Of a stretch of DNA of 21,721 bases, positions 8,749 through 21,036 are shown one piece after another. The notes beneath the pieces were generated by a model. That model was not told where the DNA came from. It ran no database searches and worked only from the letters and a program-made list of their open reading frames with translations. The position numbers were made by a program, and so were the translations under genes. Within the stretch, counting starts at the first letter, position 1. Each line of letters begins with the position of its first letter. The stretch comes from Azolla caroliniana (lineage: Eukaryota; Plantae; Polypodiophyta): positions 1 through 21,721 of the forward strand of contig JBHGNT010000523.1 in the NCBI GenBank assembly GCA_043228905.1, read 5' to 3'.

Positions 8749-11700
8749 GGTTCTACAAAATGCATCTTAATATATTTAACATATATTTTAATAATATTGT
8801 ATTTGCCGATTTATGTATAAGCCATCTTGTATAGTTCTGTAATAATCTCTCCTAACTAATGGGAAAGTAGCTTCTTTTTTTAAATATAAATAAATAAATA
8901 ATTGTATTTGCATTGCATATGTTATAAACTTATATCCTTGATGTTTAAACATTGCAACAATACAAAAGGATAATATTTCACACAAAGGCAACAATAAGAT
9001 TTGCCTCTTAATTCAATAAGAAATCATAAGGTTTACCCTAACATATGTATAACACATTTTGAGACGTAGTAATGTCACAAATGTTTTTAGTGAATAGAAA
9101 ATATCAAAATCTAAATAAACATAGATATTTGAGTAGTGTCAATTCTTCCATCACAAGTAGTCAATGTTTAAAAAGTGTAGCTATATTAAGTAGTGTTGAT
9201 TCAATGAAGTTTGCATAATGGTATTTATGTTTCAATATTGAATCATAGCATCGTTGTTGATGTTGTACATAAAGGTGTACACAATCCTCACATTTTTTTT
9301 ACATTTGATTAGATGTTTTTTGCAAAAATCTATTGACACCGGGTGCCTCATAATATTACTACTCTAAGTTTCAAGATCACACCAAGCAAAGTCAAGGCAA
9401 GTGTGCATTACAAAATTTGCTTACAAAAGTAAGAAGTACAATTTTACAAACATGGATTTCTTAATGAATAATGTAACTTCAATTACATTTACAATGGCTT
9501 CGAGGGCAAGCCGCAAGCTTATCAAGTTATCACAATAGTTAATTGTTTGGTTACTGGTATTTGGATATATTATCATATTTACAAGTCATTGTTATGATAT
9601 GTTTGTTTTTCTATATACATATGATCATATTTGTCTTACATATTTGAATTCCATACACGTTTGAAGATTTAGACAATTTGCCACATTCTGAGTTGTTACG
9701 ATGTAATGTCCATGTGGGAAACCCTCCTTCAAAAACACATTGGATATAGAACAATTGCATCAATATATATGCACCTCGGCTATTCGAAGGCACTAGAAAA
9801 AACTATTAGCACTAAGTTTGGAAAACAACAATGCATATTTAGTACAATACTTGTTCAATGCAAACTATTGCAAATAAACTATGTTCATATGATTTGTATT
9901 GGTGACTTGTATTTATTAATTTCATGTTTGAGTTAGATGCTAGAAAATAGAGTATGGATATTATTATAGACTATAGTCATTAGTGTGCTGAACATTTTTA
10001 AGATACGGTTTTAGTTCTTCAATATTACTAATAAACTTCTATTCATGAACTCCACACTTCCTAAAACGTCAGCTTTGTTTTCTATTTTATCTGAAATTTA
10101 GAACAATTTGATTTTTCCGAGAGTGCACTTCATTTCTCAATGATATTCGAATGTAAGTGTTATTAGAAAATATATTTCTTTAAGTATAGCTTAATTTTGG
10201 GAAGTCTTACTCCATTTGTATATACTATTATGAATTGTTTGACAAGTAACATAATAGAATTATTGACAGAGGACATTAGACAAAGAGGCAAGGATTAGGC
10301 GAGTTACTAGGGATGTACCACAAGTTGGCAACCTTGGCAAAGATATATGTTGCCAAAGTAGGTTTAACTCCATGCAATACTCACTAATTTGATAACATTA
10401 TCTTGCTAACATAATGGTATTGATCCTCGTGTTGTAGAAACATGTGAATGCCAAGTTCTAACATCAAGCTCAAATTAGGAAGAGTTTCTAAAACATGAAA
10501 CACATCATACAAATCTTGAACCAACAACATTAGTGTGGAGAAAAAACATGATTTACCAATGACCATGGAATCAACGTGTTGCATCTTTCAAGTTGAATAA
10601 GATACAAATTAATTGACAACCTCTCATCTATGATCTATAAGACAACGTTTTTATGTTTTCGAGTTTAGGTAATAATGTTTGTGAATCCTTTCAAAATATA
10701 TTAAGGTAAAGCAAACCTTGATGCCAATGCAAACTTTGTGCTTTAACCATCTCAAATTTGTTGTGTCCTTGGTATTTGTATTTACTATCCAATGGGAGCT
10801 ATAGCTTTTAGGAGTCGTGGCATTTTGAACCAACAAGCATGCAAAGGAAGACAAAACAATGTGATTATGCTCAATTTTATCAATGTTAATGATTAAACTG
10901 ATTTCAAGGGGCATTTAGTTTTGAAATTGTGTTTTTCTCAAGTGTTGATGAGAGAGCCAGAAGTTTGCAATTTGTAAAAAGTCTACATATGACATGCTAC
11001 ATTTTGGGAGCACTTTGATAGGAAGGATGTATACAATGTACATGTATAATTGATACAAAACTCAAGGACTTTTTTGGCAATGTTGCTAGCGATATAATGG
11101 TGGCGCGTGACAAAAAGTTGTAATCGTGATTCAGTTTCAACACTAATATGGAATCTAGTTATTTATTTCATACTATTATTTTGGGGATTTATTCAATTGT
11201 TGTTATTATGTGGTGACAAACGCGGATTGAACCTTGAGTACAAACCAATTAAGGGCAATTAAACTCCTACAAAAGGAGCACAAGTTAAAGTACCGAAATT
11301 CTAGAAAATGACTTGTAGGAAAATCATTGAACTCCTCCAATCATACCAACCTTCGTGGGGTTTTAATCATTTATCATCATTATTTTATAATGGACAAATA
11401 AAACAAGATGGGTTGCAATCATACGTGGGTCACAACTGTTTTCAAGTCTAAGAGGGGAAATACTAACCATGTGGGTATAAATTAAACACGACATGTTTTA
11501 TACATGAAGAGTGAATAAAGTCGGTGTTATACGACACATTTCTTGATTTGTCAGATGTTTAGGACATCATGAACTAGGAATCGTAAGTGGAGGCGGTGTT
11601 GCGAGGGATAATGCTCTCAATGTGGTTTTCAATAGAAATTTCTCGCTATTGAAAAAAAATTACATACTAAGGAAATTTGTTTTTCTTGTATGAAATATTC

Positions 11701-12066
11701 TTATAAAGTTTATAGGATGTACCCCAAATGTTTATAAGATTTCTACAAAAGGTGTATATTCCCCATACATCTAATATAAGTGCAATATTTCTTACAATTA
11801 TCCTACTCCATGCACGCTTTTTTCCTACTCCATTGAAGCAAAGTTTGTATGGAATATGAATACTATATAATGCACAAACCCATATGTATATCTATATTTA
11901 TTTTTAATATTCTTGTGTAACTTAACATTGAAAATGTTTAAGGCATAAAGTATCACATCCCATTTTAGCTTGTAGTGTCTTGTTTCAAATTTCAATATCA
12001 AAACGTCCCAATTATGCACTTTTTTACATGACATTGTTTTAAAACTCCATAAGTTCACTAGAGAAG

Positions 12067-12380
12067 TCAAGGTAGGTTCACATCCCATGTATAGACTTTA
12101 TGTCACGTCTAAGATCATTCGATAAATCAAACTAGGTTCGTGACCTATGTATAGATTTCATAGGACGTCTTTTCACGAGAAATAGAGTAGCCCTTGCTTT
12201 AGAAAATGTGATGGCCGGAATCAAGGTAGGTTCACAACCCACGTGTAGACTTCATGCCATGTCTAAGATCATTCAATAAATCAAGGTGGGTTTTGTGACC
12301 CATGTATAGACTTCATAGCATGTCTTGCATTAAAAATAGAGCAGCCTTGGTTCAGTAAAACAATGTGATGGCCGGAATCA
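12067..12380. repeat. Tandem duplication of a ~154-160 bp unit, each unit containing two ~45-bp sub-repeats
   Basis: Units start at 12067 and 12221 (TCAAGGTAGGTTCAC...AATGTGATGGCCGGAATCA). Sub-repeats also start at 12127 and 12281. Confidence 0.88.
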
Positions 12381-13305
12381 TGCTCCTAGTTATAATTGCC
12401 ATACCCCTAAACCTTGTATTAGTAAATGTGTTCTTGAGACAACTTGCATGATCTGTTCAATGATTATGATTTAGTTTAGTGAAATATTTTAATTACAATA
12501 TGCTTGAAATGGAGTCATTCTTTAATGTCTTCACATGCCCAAGTCACTAGAAACAAAAATGGTTGAGAAGCTACATAGAGAAGGGCTATTAATATTTGAC
12601 AAAGGTATCGTGACAACCACTAACTTGTGTGTGTGATGGAGGGTAGACACACGAACGCCAAAGCAAAGGGCCAAATCCTGGAGATAAAAACAAAGGCCCA
12701 AGGGCGAATCGAATTCCCATGATCCCATCGCAAACATACAATAACGTTGTCTTCACTACTTCTTGCATTATAACTAATAATATGTATTGGAAAGCCTTTT
12801 TATGTTGAATAAAGTATACAAAAACAGTTTGCCTAAACTCGAACCAAATACCTATTTCTTAAGAGTCGTTGAGAATGTGTATTGGAAATTCTAAATAATG
12901 TGTATTAAAAAATTTGTATTGAAAATATGATATAAATACCATACGAGGATTATCATAAATGAAGTACATACTATAAGTGAAATTGTGTGTGTTGAACTAA
13001 ATTATGTTATGATCCCTCCCTATCTACACTCTCTATCCATGTTTTTTCAATCTTATATTAAAAATATAATGAAGTGTTTACGGTTAGAAAGACTCTTCTC
13101 AATTATAATGATTACGCGACATCGTGTTTGTTAGAAAGCGTGTGGCCACATGATCTTAGGATTAATGCTACTCCATAATTGCAAAACATGGCCCCCTTAA
13201 TAATATATTGCATATGCAAGGTTTTTCCAATGTGCATTATAATGAATTGGACATGCAATTTAATACATTGGATGCAATTTTGTCTCATTGTCACATCGAC
13301 CACCT

Positions 13306-13349
13306 TTGACTTTAAAATCTATTGATGTACTTTCATGACATTATATATA
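13306..13349 (+). promoter_or_regulatory. Putative PR-1 core promoter: W-box (TTGACT, 13306-13311) and TATA box (13342-13349)
   Basis: Motifs lie about 130-170 bp upstream of the coding region. They are short motifs in AT-rich DNA, so support is weak. Confidence 0.4.
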
Positions 13350-13479
13350 GATCCATACTATCCACAAAGACAAACAAACACACATAAAATACATACACAT
13401 AACACAGGTAATCAGATACACTTGGTAGCATCCACTTAAAGTTTTGGTTGGATACTTAACAACCACTTAACATAACTTA

Positions 13480-13989
13480 ATTAAGTATGCACTGCTCATT
13501 CTGCCATTAGTGTTGATGAATTGTTCTATCAATAGTATAGCTCAAACACAGAGAGACAAGTTTCTAAGTGCACATAATGCAGAGAGGCGAAGATTGGGCG
13601 TTCCGTTGCTAGTATGGGACAACACATTGGCAACGTTCGCCGCCAAGTATGCAGCAAACCAAGATAGGGTCGGAGCCGGTTGCTCTGGTAACCTACGCCA
13701 TTCCAACGGGCCCTACGGTGAGAACCTCTACTGGTATTGGACTACCACGAGAGCCTTAGCAACACCTAGTCAAGCTCTCGCATCATGGATATCTGAGAAG
13801 AAATACTACAACTACAGGACAAACACTTGTGCTAGGGGGAAAGAATGCGGCCACTACACCCAAGTGGTGTGGGCCAAGACACGTCGAGTTGGATGTGTCA
13901 CCCGTGCTTGTGCCTCCAACCGTGGTGCAACATATGTCATTTGCAACTACAACCCCCCTGGCAATTACATTGGCCAAAGACCCTACTAA
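13480..13989 (+). CDS. PR1: Pathogenesis-related protein 1 (CAP/SCP superfamily), basic, intronless; start codon uncertain (ATT at 13480 or ATG at 13516)
   Basis: FLSAHNAERRRLGVPLLVWD, HSNGPYGENL, CGHYTQVVWAKTRRVGC and YVICNYNPPGNYIGQRPY*, with six conserved Cys. An in-frame signal-like stretch KYALLILPLVLMNCSINSIA-Q precedes the mature domain. Confidence 0.93.
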   Translation: MKYALLILPLVLMNCSINSIAQTQRDKFLSAHNAERRRLGVPLLVWDNTLATFAAKYAANQDRVGAGCSGNLRHSNGPYGENLYWYWTTTRALATPSQALASWISEKKYYNYRTNTCARGKECGHYTQVVWAKTRRVGCVTRACASNRGATYVICNYNPPGNYIGQRPY

Positions 13990-14368
13990 AGATTCATATT
14001 GATGTATTATAGATTTTTACATACTATTCTTGCTTTCCCACACTGATAAATATACCCCCCCTCCTAATTCATCATATCCTAAAATCCTCATCAACTTCCA
14101 TCTAATGTACACCACACCAATTGTACCATTTCGTCAACGTGATGAAATTGCAATGCTTTCATTGGTGATATTGCTAATGCTTGTAATTTTATGATCTAAT
14201 TATTTATTTGATCTTTAGAGTACCCAACAAAAGTGAATAACTACATCATTAATAGGAAGTTATAGGTTCTATCATTATGAGGTCCCTTGAATGAATGACA
14301 ATATGCCTAAGACTATTGGAGATCATGCTTAACCCAAGAAAGCCATACAATACTTGTACCCATACAAT

Positions 14369-14513
14369 CCTTTTCTTATGTTAGTCACCCATTTTCTATA
14401 ATTCTAGTTCCCTTCTTATTAATTCCAAGGTTATTCACCTTTTCTTATGTTAGTCACCACCCATTTTCTATAATTCTAGTTCCCTTCTTATTAATTCCAA
14501 TGTTATTCACCTT
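14369..14513. repeat. Near-perfect tandem duplication (69 bp and 72 bp copies)
   Basis: CCTTTTCTTATGTTAGTCAC...GTTATTCA occurs at 14369 and 14438; the copies differ by a 3-bp indel and one substitution. Confidence 0.95.
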
Positions 14514-15264
14514 GAGCACTTTGCCATATCTTTTCTAGATGGACCATATACTTGGCTCTATGGAGGTTATTCACAATCTTTAATTTTGCCAACCAGATTT
14601 GGATCCATATCAGTTATTTAGGTTTTCCCTTGAAACTCCTCTTATCCACTTTATGTTTGTTTTATTTCACATGACATTTGTGGGGCACATTTATACCTTA
14701 AGTTTCTAATCACATCCTAAATATTCTTTGAATATTTGTTAGTGCATTGTGCACGTTTAGGCCAACAATTAATATATTGCTAAAAAAAGTATTTATGTGT
14801 TCATTATTGGAGCTTGAATGCTTGTGCATGTTACATTCTAGAGAGGACTCTCAATATCTTAAATATACTTATCACGTCTTGGGCTTGGAAAGGAACTTTA
14901 CTCCTTGAGTTTTTGGCCCAAACACAACCCTAGATGCAAATGTTTGTTCCCTTCTTAAATGAACTTAAAACGTAGGGACTCGACAATGTCCATTAAAAAT
15001 TTTATTATTTTCCATCAAGATTATTAAATTGTTTAATGGTTGTTTGACACCAATTTGATTATTTTTTAGATATTAAAATACTTGGGCCTCATACCTTGCC
15101 CTTGACAACTTATATGCCACAATGTTGTGCCCCTGTGTATCTACCCTTTTGTAACTACTTAACCCCTTATGGGGAATGAATGAATAAGGAATAAGTTCTC
15201 TCTCATCTTTCTCTGTCTTGTCATCTATCTCTCTCCCTCCCTCCCTCTCAAGGGGGTGCAACGT

Positions 15265-15300
15265 GAGAGAGAGAGAGAGAGAGTGTGTGTGTGTGTGTGT
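15265..15300. repeat. Compound microsatellite (GA)9(GT)9
   Basis: Read directly from the sequence. Confidence 0.95.
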
Positions 15301-15560
15301 GCCCAGATGGATGTAGCTCAATTGGTAAGATTTTTCGTACAATATGGTCCATGTGTACGCTTGTACCCAAGGAAATGGAAATGCCAACCTATATAGAGGT
15401 CATGAGCCAATAATGCAACCATCTAGACATGTATTGGGTCCATTGTTGATAAAATCAAAATGCCTATTTAATGCTTCAAGAGTAGATTATTGTAGTTCAA
15501 TCATTTTGGGCAAAATATATTTGTGATGATGACTAAGAATGTATCCGTCTATTGCACCTC

Positions 15561-15668
15561 GAAAGCTTAGCACATGTCCAATACAAGATAATCATAGCAT
15601 CTTGAAAGCTTAGCACAAATAATCAGAGCATCTTGAAAAAAGTTTAGCAACTAGAAATAATCATAGCA
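15561..15668. repeat. Degenerate minisatellite, about 3 copies of GAAAGCTTAGCAC...ATAATCATAGCATCTT
   Basis: The motif recurs at about 15561, 15604 and 15635. Confidence 0.75.
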
Positions 15669-16687
15669 AATCATTGTCCATTCAATTATAGGCATGATAA
15701 GTATTGGTAGATTAAGTAGATTCTAGTTTGAGACACAATTGGCAATTTTATAGGAATTCCTCACTATTTAGAAATTGGAGAGTACCTAGTAATTAAAATT
15801 TTTAATTAAACAAATAGTTGATGTGGTTTCTATGGCCTTGTCGGCAAAACATTCCATGTTGTGGGATATATCCAAGATTTTAGACAACCTAATTAGGAAG
15901 GGCTATTTGCCTGAGCCAATGATGGAGATGTTATTCCTCAAATCTCTAAGTTAGCAACTTAGATTTGCTGACATTTATCCTTAATCTTGCCTTTGATGCA
16001 ACAAGTTTTTAAAATGAACCAACAATTTCCAAATTGAAAAAGAGAGCTAATCGGCAGGAATTTTACATAATACAAGAATCCATGCTCTGTTAATTATGCC
16101 AGACATCAACTAAGCATTTTAGAGATTGAGATATGAAAATAGTTCAATGGTATATATTGCTTCGTTTTGGTGGCTTTTGTCATACAACATAGTGAACATG
16201 TAAAAGTAGCTTACTTGACTCTTAACATGAGATTGTTGCCATTAGTCATCTAGAGAACTTAAATTATGAGACATTTCACATAGAACTTAGATCAATCATG
16301 ATATTAAAAACACATCGAATTTTCCATTGATAACTCTGCACCCGCATATTCAAACTCAATTGTTTAATGCTTCATTTATATATACCATACATGATTACAT
16401 CTTTTGTCTCACTTACTCCATGGCACTTAATTTGTAAGGCCAAATTAATATGGTCTCAATCGTTCTATATGATGATATTCTACAACAAGCCTTACTATAT
16501 ATTATGCCATTTTATTTAATTGAGCATCAGACCAAATCATTACTATTTAATCTCTCCACACATTAAGATTTTCAATCGCCTTTTGTATGCACAGATGAAT
16601 ATGGGTTTACCCTGTTCCATCAATGGCATCTAACCTATGCCAAATTCAGCTGTCTATGCTCTATGCCATAGGCTACTTGCATCAGCT

Positions 16688-16706
16688 TATATATATATAT
16701 ATATAT
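16688..16706. repeat. (TA)n microsatellite
   Basis: Read directly from the sequence. Confidence 0.9.
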
Positions 16707-17912
16707 TGAATATTCGTGTCATAATGGTTAAGTTCACGTGCTTGGTCATACAACAAACAAGAACGATTTATTTGTGTTTGCTTTAGATAATATGTCAAAG
16801 ACAACAAAGCTATTTATTGTAAAAATAATGCCCATATTTTATCACTAACCTACAAACATGTTTGTATTGCTCATTTATATCACCTCCATAAACCTGCAAT
16901 GCACGCACACCTCATGCCATTGTCAATAGTATAGGTGATTGAGTTCTTAGTTGTATTCAACAAACATATGGACCAATGCAACCACAACACAATCAAACAA
17001 TGACTCATCCTTATGTACAGTCTAAGATTTTGACTTCATTTGCAAAAAACATACCTCAAATGCTGATTACTATTTTATGTGCGTGTGTTTTGAGTGCTAA
17101 GAAGAGAATTCCTTGTAACACTTGGAACCCACATACTATCTTTAAAAAAAGAATTGTTTTAAGGTTCGTGAGAATTAGTTCAGAAGTGAGTTTATTCACA
17201 TACTCAACAAATTGAGGATAAGTGGTTTTAAGATAGTTTTCAAATGAGATTCCCAACCTGAAGACACCATACTCCATGTATGGCCAAAAGAGCTATGTCT
17301 GAATTTGTTAGTGAATTTTATTTAATACACAAATTTGTAACGTTTACAAAGGCAATCATGTACAACATTTCTGATAAGAAAACTTCTAACATGATAGGCT
17401 TACATTCACTAGCAATTCTTGATACTTACAAAGGTTTTTCACAGCTGAAATATTGCATTGTAGATTGTTCACCAGTTACTGGCATCAATTGGAATTGGAC
17501 TTGTAACCCTCAGGTTTTGAGATTTTTCACAACTAGCCCCAATCTGAAGAATTCACCTAAAAATGCTCACACCTAAATATATTCCAATTACAAGATAAAT
17601 AACTAATAAGATCCACGCCTTATGGGTGTATTGTAGAGAAAATATATGAATGAAATGTATGACACATGGGTCTCCATTTTCTTATTTCTTAATAGAGAAA
17701 GCAGGATGGGAACTTGGATGATTTTATGTTGTATAATCCGTACTGCCTTCTTCACAAGCTTTTTGGAAATCTTCTTTTCTTTTACCCTATGGGATATCCC
17801 TTCCCAACGAAGAAGACATGGGTGTATTACTTCATTGCACAAAGTGAAGGTATCAACGCTATATATAATATAATATATACACCATTCGCAAACATACTGA
17901 CCATAAGCACCA

Positions 17913-18473
17913 CTATTTTCTCAGGGTAGAATACCGATCCTTTCTCGACGACGATGATGGAATCCTAAAAGATTCCGAATAATCCGATATATCCAATCGT
18001 CCAAACCTCTTATTGTGCGTTGGACCATCGTGCCTACCAAATTCCATGACATCAGTTTCCTTCTGCCTACCCTGACTAAGACCAAGACCCTGCTGATCTG
18101 TAGATGATTCTTTACGCAAATCCTTGGAAACCAGACCTTTGTTGTTGTTGGCACCAACTAAGCTAGAAAAGTTGGATAAATCCCCACTTTGAGAGATGGT
18201 ATCAGATATAGACATGTTAGAGCGATGGGTAGGCCGTGAAGGAGCCATTCGCACATCCTCACCACTCGCCTTTTTCTTTAAAGACGGGGGCCCTAAGGGG
18301 CCAGACCTTGAAGATAAGTGATGTGGAACTTGGCGTGAAGGTACAACAGGCTGAACTTCCCGTGAAGTTTGAAATGCTTGTGAAACATCCTCCTCTGGTA
18401 GTGGTGGTGGTGGTGGTGGAAAGTTTGTGCTCTTACTTTGAAAGCTTTTTGAATTAGCCTCGACTCGCCTCTT
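17913..18473 (-). CDS. CDK-like (CDKC-related, CKL/IBS1-type) kinase, probable last coding exon (low-complexity C-terminal tail)
   Basis: AG acceptor at 18474-18475. The frame reads KRRVEANSKSFQSKSTNFPPPPPPLP...SRSGPL...YSTLRK* and is open for 186 codons. A further splice near the end cannot be excluded. Confidence 0.75.
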   Translation of the reverse strand, partial: KRRVEANSKSFQSKSTNFPPPPPPLPEEDVSQAFQTSREVQPVVPSRQVPHHLSSRSGPLGPPSLKKKASGEDVRMAPSRPTHRSNMSISDTISQSGDLSNFSSLVGANNNKGLVSKDLRKESSTDQQGLGLSQGRQKETDVMEFGRHDGPTHNKRFGRLDISDYSESFRIPSSSSRKDRYSTLRK

Positions 18474-19053
18474 CTACAAGAATGGAAACACCAAATATTG
18501 TTATTTCCTTCACTTGCTTTCTTTTCGAAAAATCCATCAAAATTCCCCTAAATTTTCATGAAATTCCTAAAATATTATGTAACACCAAAATATCTCTAAT
18601 TTTTCGAAATTCTTAAAAACTCTTCCCTCTTCATGCATTCTCTCGCTATACTATCTCCATAGACACACAGGGGGGAGAGAGAGAGAGAGAGAGAAAGATT
18701 TGTGTTTTGGGATTTTGAAGAAAAATCGAAGGGTATTCTGGCAGTATTCCATTTCGCTTTTAAATGGCATTTCTTTGAATTATGTTCCACTAAGATTTTG
18801 TAGCACTGTAAAAGGTAATTCTACAACAACAAAAATCTCATCCCCCTGTTATCTTAATTATAGAAATAAAAGAGAAAGTGGATTAAAATAGGAAGTTCAG
18901 CATATACCAAGAAAACTGAGAATTTTGATTGGTTAATGCTAAACCTCTACAATAATAATAAAAGTTACTACTACATAGGGGTAAGCTAGTAGGGGATATT
19001 TCGGTGTTTTACTTGTTCAGTAAATATTTATAGGCTAGGGTGGACGGCAATAC

Positions 19054-19171
19054 CTGAATATTAGTTTGCAACTCTGCATTAGCATCGGATGCTGGGATAG
19101 CTTTACTCGGACGATCTCTCCCACCACTTGCTCGCTTCAGGGCTGCATCATTTCGCATTTTCTCTCTTCGA
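19054..19171 (-). CDS. CDK-like kinase exon (post-kinase, KAIPASDANAELQ)
   Basis: AG/GT borders. The 118-bp length completes the phase-2 codon of the previous exon. Contains the family motif ANAEL. Confidence 0.88.
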
Positions 19172-19263
19172 CTGTAGAAAGTAGAGATGCGTGAGAAAAC
19201 AACACGATTAAAAAGATAGTAATGCAAAGCCGAAAACACGGTTTCTAAATGCAGCGTACATAC

Positions 19264-19364
19264 CGCCGGTTCTCTTCATCACGTATTTTTGCATCCCATT
19301 CTTTACTGGGAGGGTACTGAGGCAAGCTTAAGGGATCGCATGGATATGGTGGAGTGGTAAAGAA
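19264..19364 (-). CDS. CDK-like kinase exon (FFTTPPYPCDPLSLPQYPPSKEWDAKIRDEENRR)
   Basis: AG/GT borders, 101 bp, with a motif characteristic of plant CKL kinases. Not in the supplied ORF track. Confidence 0.93.
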
Positions 19365-19460
19365 CTGAAGAAATATTGCCATTTATTAATATCAATTCCC
19401 ACAGAAAATTAATTGTGTAATCTATACATATATCAAGGACAACAAAATATAATATAATAC

Positions 19461-19688
19461 CTCACTCTTCAAAGCTTGTGTCGCTGTTCCACGGTCTAAT
19501 GGTTCGATGGCAAGAAGGGTATCCAAGAGAGCTAATGATGTAGGTGGAAAATCTTTGAATGTTTCTTTGATGCACCGTTTATAAGGCTGTTGAGGCTTGA
19601 AAATAGTTGCATGTGGCAATTTAGATTTCTTCCAGTATTCTTCTGATGGTGAACCACACATCTTGAATATCTTATGCAGTTGCTCCAC
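19461..19688 (-). CDS. CDK-like kinase exon (subdomains X-XI)
   Basis: VEQLHKIFKMCGSPSEEYW...RGTATQALKSE; AG/GT borders; 228 bp, phase 0. Confidence 0.95.
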
Positions 19689-19970
19689 CTGAAACCAGAT
19701 ATTTCTCTTCAAAATCAATACCTTGTGCATCCCCTGAGAATTCTACCTGAAGATGTATAAACTTGGTCTATTTGTGAAATAAACAAATATTTCAACAACT
19801 TCTACAACAACATTCATCCTTTAAAGGAGAACATAAATAAGCACACAAAACAATAGCCTGTTCTGAGTAAAGCTGTAATTATGGTCCGAACTACTAAAAA
19901 ATGAGGAGGATCACATCCAGAATGTAAATACAGAGTGTTTTCTGAAGGAAAAATGGAAAAAGAAAACCAC

Positions 19971-20288
19971 CTCTGTCCTAGCTGGCATAATTGGCTTCCC
20001 AGCAAATAGCTCTGCTAAGATGCAACCAACGCTCCATAGATCAACTCCTACACCATAGTCAGTTGCACCAAGCAAAAGCTCAGGAGGCCGATACCAGAGA
20101 GTCACAACACGACTTGTCATAGGTTGATTATGATCCGGATCAAAGACAGTTGCAAGACCAAAATCTGCAATCTTTAAGGTGCCAAAGTTATCTAGCAAAA
20201 GATTTGAGCCCTTTATATCCCGATGCAGTATGTTTCGATCATGGCAATGCTGTAATCCAGACAGTAACTGGCAAATATAGAATTTTAC
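19971..20288 (-). CDS. CDK-like kinase exon (subdomains VI-IX)
   Basis: HRDIKGSNLL, DFG, TSRVVTLWYRPPELLLG and DLWSVGCI; AG/GT borders; 318 bp, phase 0. Confidence 0.96.
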
Positions 20289-20751
20289 CTGTGCATGAAA
20301 ATAGAGGTTACACACAACATGGCAGCACACCTTGAAAATCAGAAATTTTACTAATATGCTTCTTTGTTTCAGATATTAAAAAAGGTATGGCTTCATATTT
20401 GCAAACTCCCTGGTAAAATTTGAGCTCTGAGCTCTATGTCAATTTTCCTCATTAGATCAATCCCATTCTAATTTCTTAATTAGTGTAAACCCATATATTA
20501 ATTAGAAGCGTGATACTAAATTGGGTTTCTAATTTTTCTAATTGGTGGATACACACGTTCTCATTAGAGATTAGATGCCTCAACTTTGACCAAGCATATT
20601 TTGAAAATTTCCAAAATCAAGCAAACTCTTCTAATATCTGAAATAGATAAGTATATCTCCATAATTTTCACTAAAGTATTCATGAAACCAAAATAATACT
20701 AAAGTTAATTAAAACACTATGCATAAATCTCTTATTGATCTACCAACAAAC

Positions 20752-21036
20752 CTGTGGTTCAGGGAATATAACACCTGGAGACGCAGCAAGTCCCGCAAGA
20801 TCATGTTCCATATACTCAAAAACAAGGTAGAGACTGCACGACATTCTTGAGGTAACAAGTCCTTCCAGTTTAATAATATTCGGGTGATCAAGGCGTCTCA
20901 AAACAATAATCTCTCTTGCCATAAACTTCACACTTTCAGGTTCCATGGTATCAAATCGAACTTTCTTGAGCGCAACAATGCTCCTCGACTCCAAATCCCG
21001 GGCCTTGTATACATTACTGTATGTGCCTTGTCCAAT
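20752..21036 (-). CDS. CDK-like kinase exon (subdomains I-V); upstream exon(s) lie beyond the window
   Basis: IGQGTYSNVYKA, ALKKVRFD, ESVKFMAREI (in place of PSTAIRE) and LVFEYMEHDL; AG/GT borders; 285 bp. Confidence 0.96.

Noticed and set aside
9250-11050. Possible highly decayed coding or transposase remnant
   Set aside because: Some stretches look coding-like, but the frames I translated are interrupted and I recognised no motif. BLASTX would be needed.
12690-12780. tRNA/SINE-like B-box on the - strand (GAATTCGATTC)
   Set aside because: No convincing A-box, cloverleaf, tail or TSD.
15073-15387. 104-aa ORF or possible old LTR fragment
   Set aside because: The ORF is driven by the (GA)(GT) microsatellite, and no TG...CA boundaries with a TSD were found.
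17603-17842. Additional terminal kinase exon
   Set aside because: It lies downstream of the in-frame TAG at 17913 and has no recognisable family motif. It is probably 3' UTR, although RNA-seq could show otherwise.
18401-18425. Suspected frameshift at the (GGT)n poly-Pro tract of the kinase tail
   Set aside because: A base count shows the frame is continuous (NFPPPPPPLP) from 18473 to 17913.
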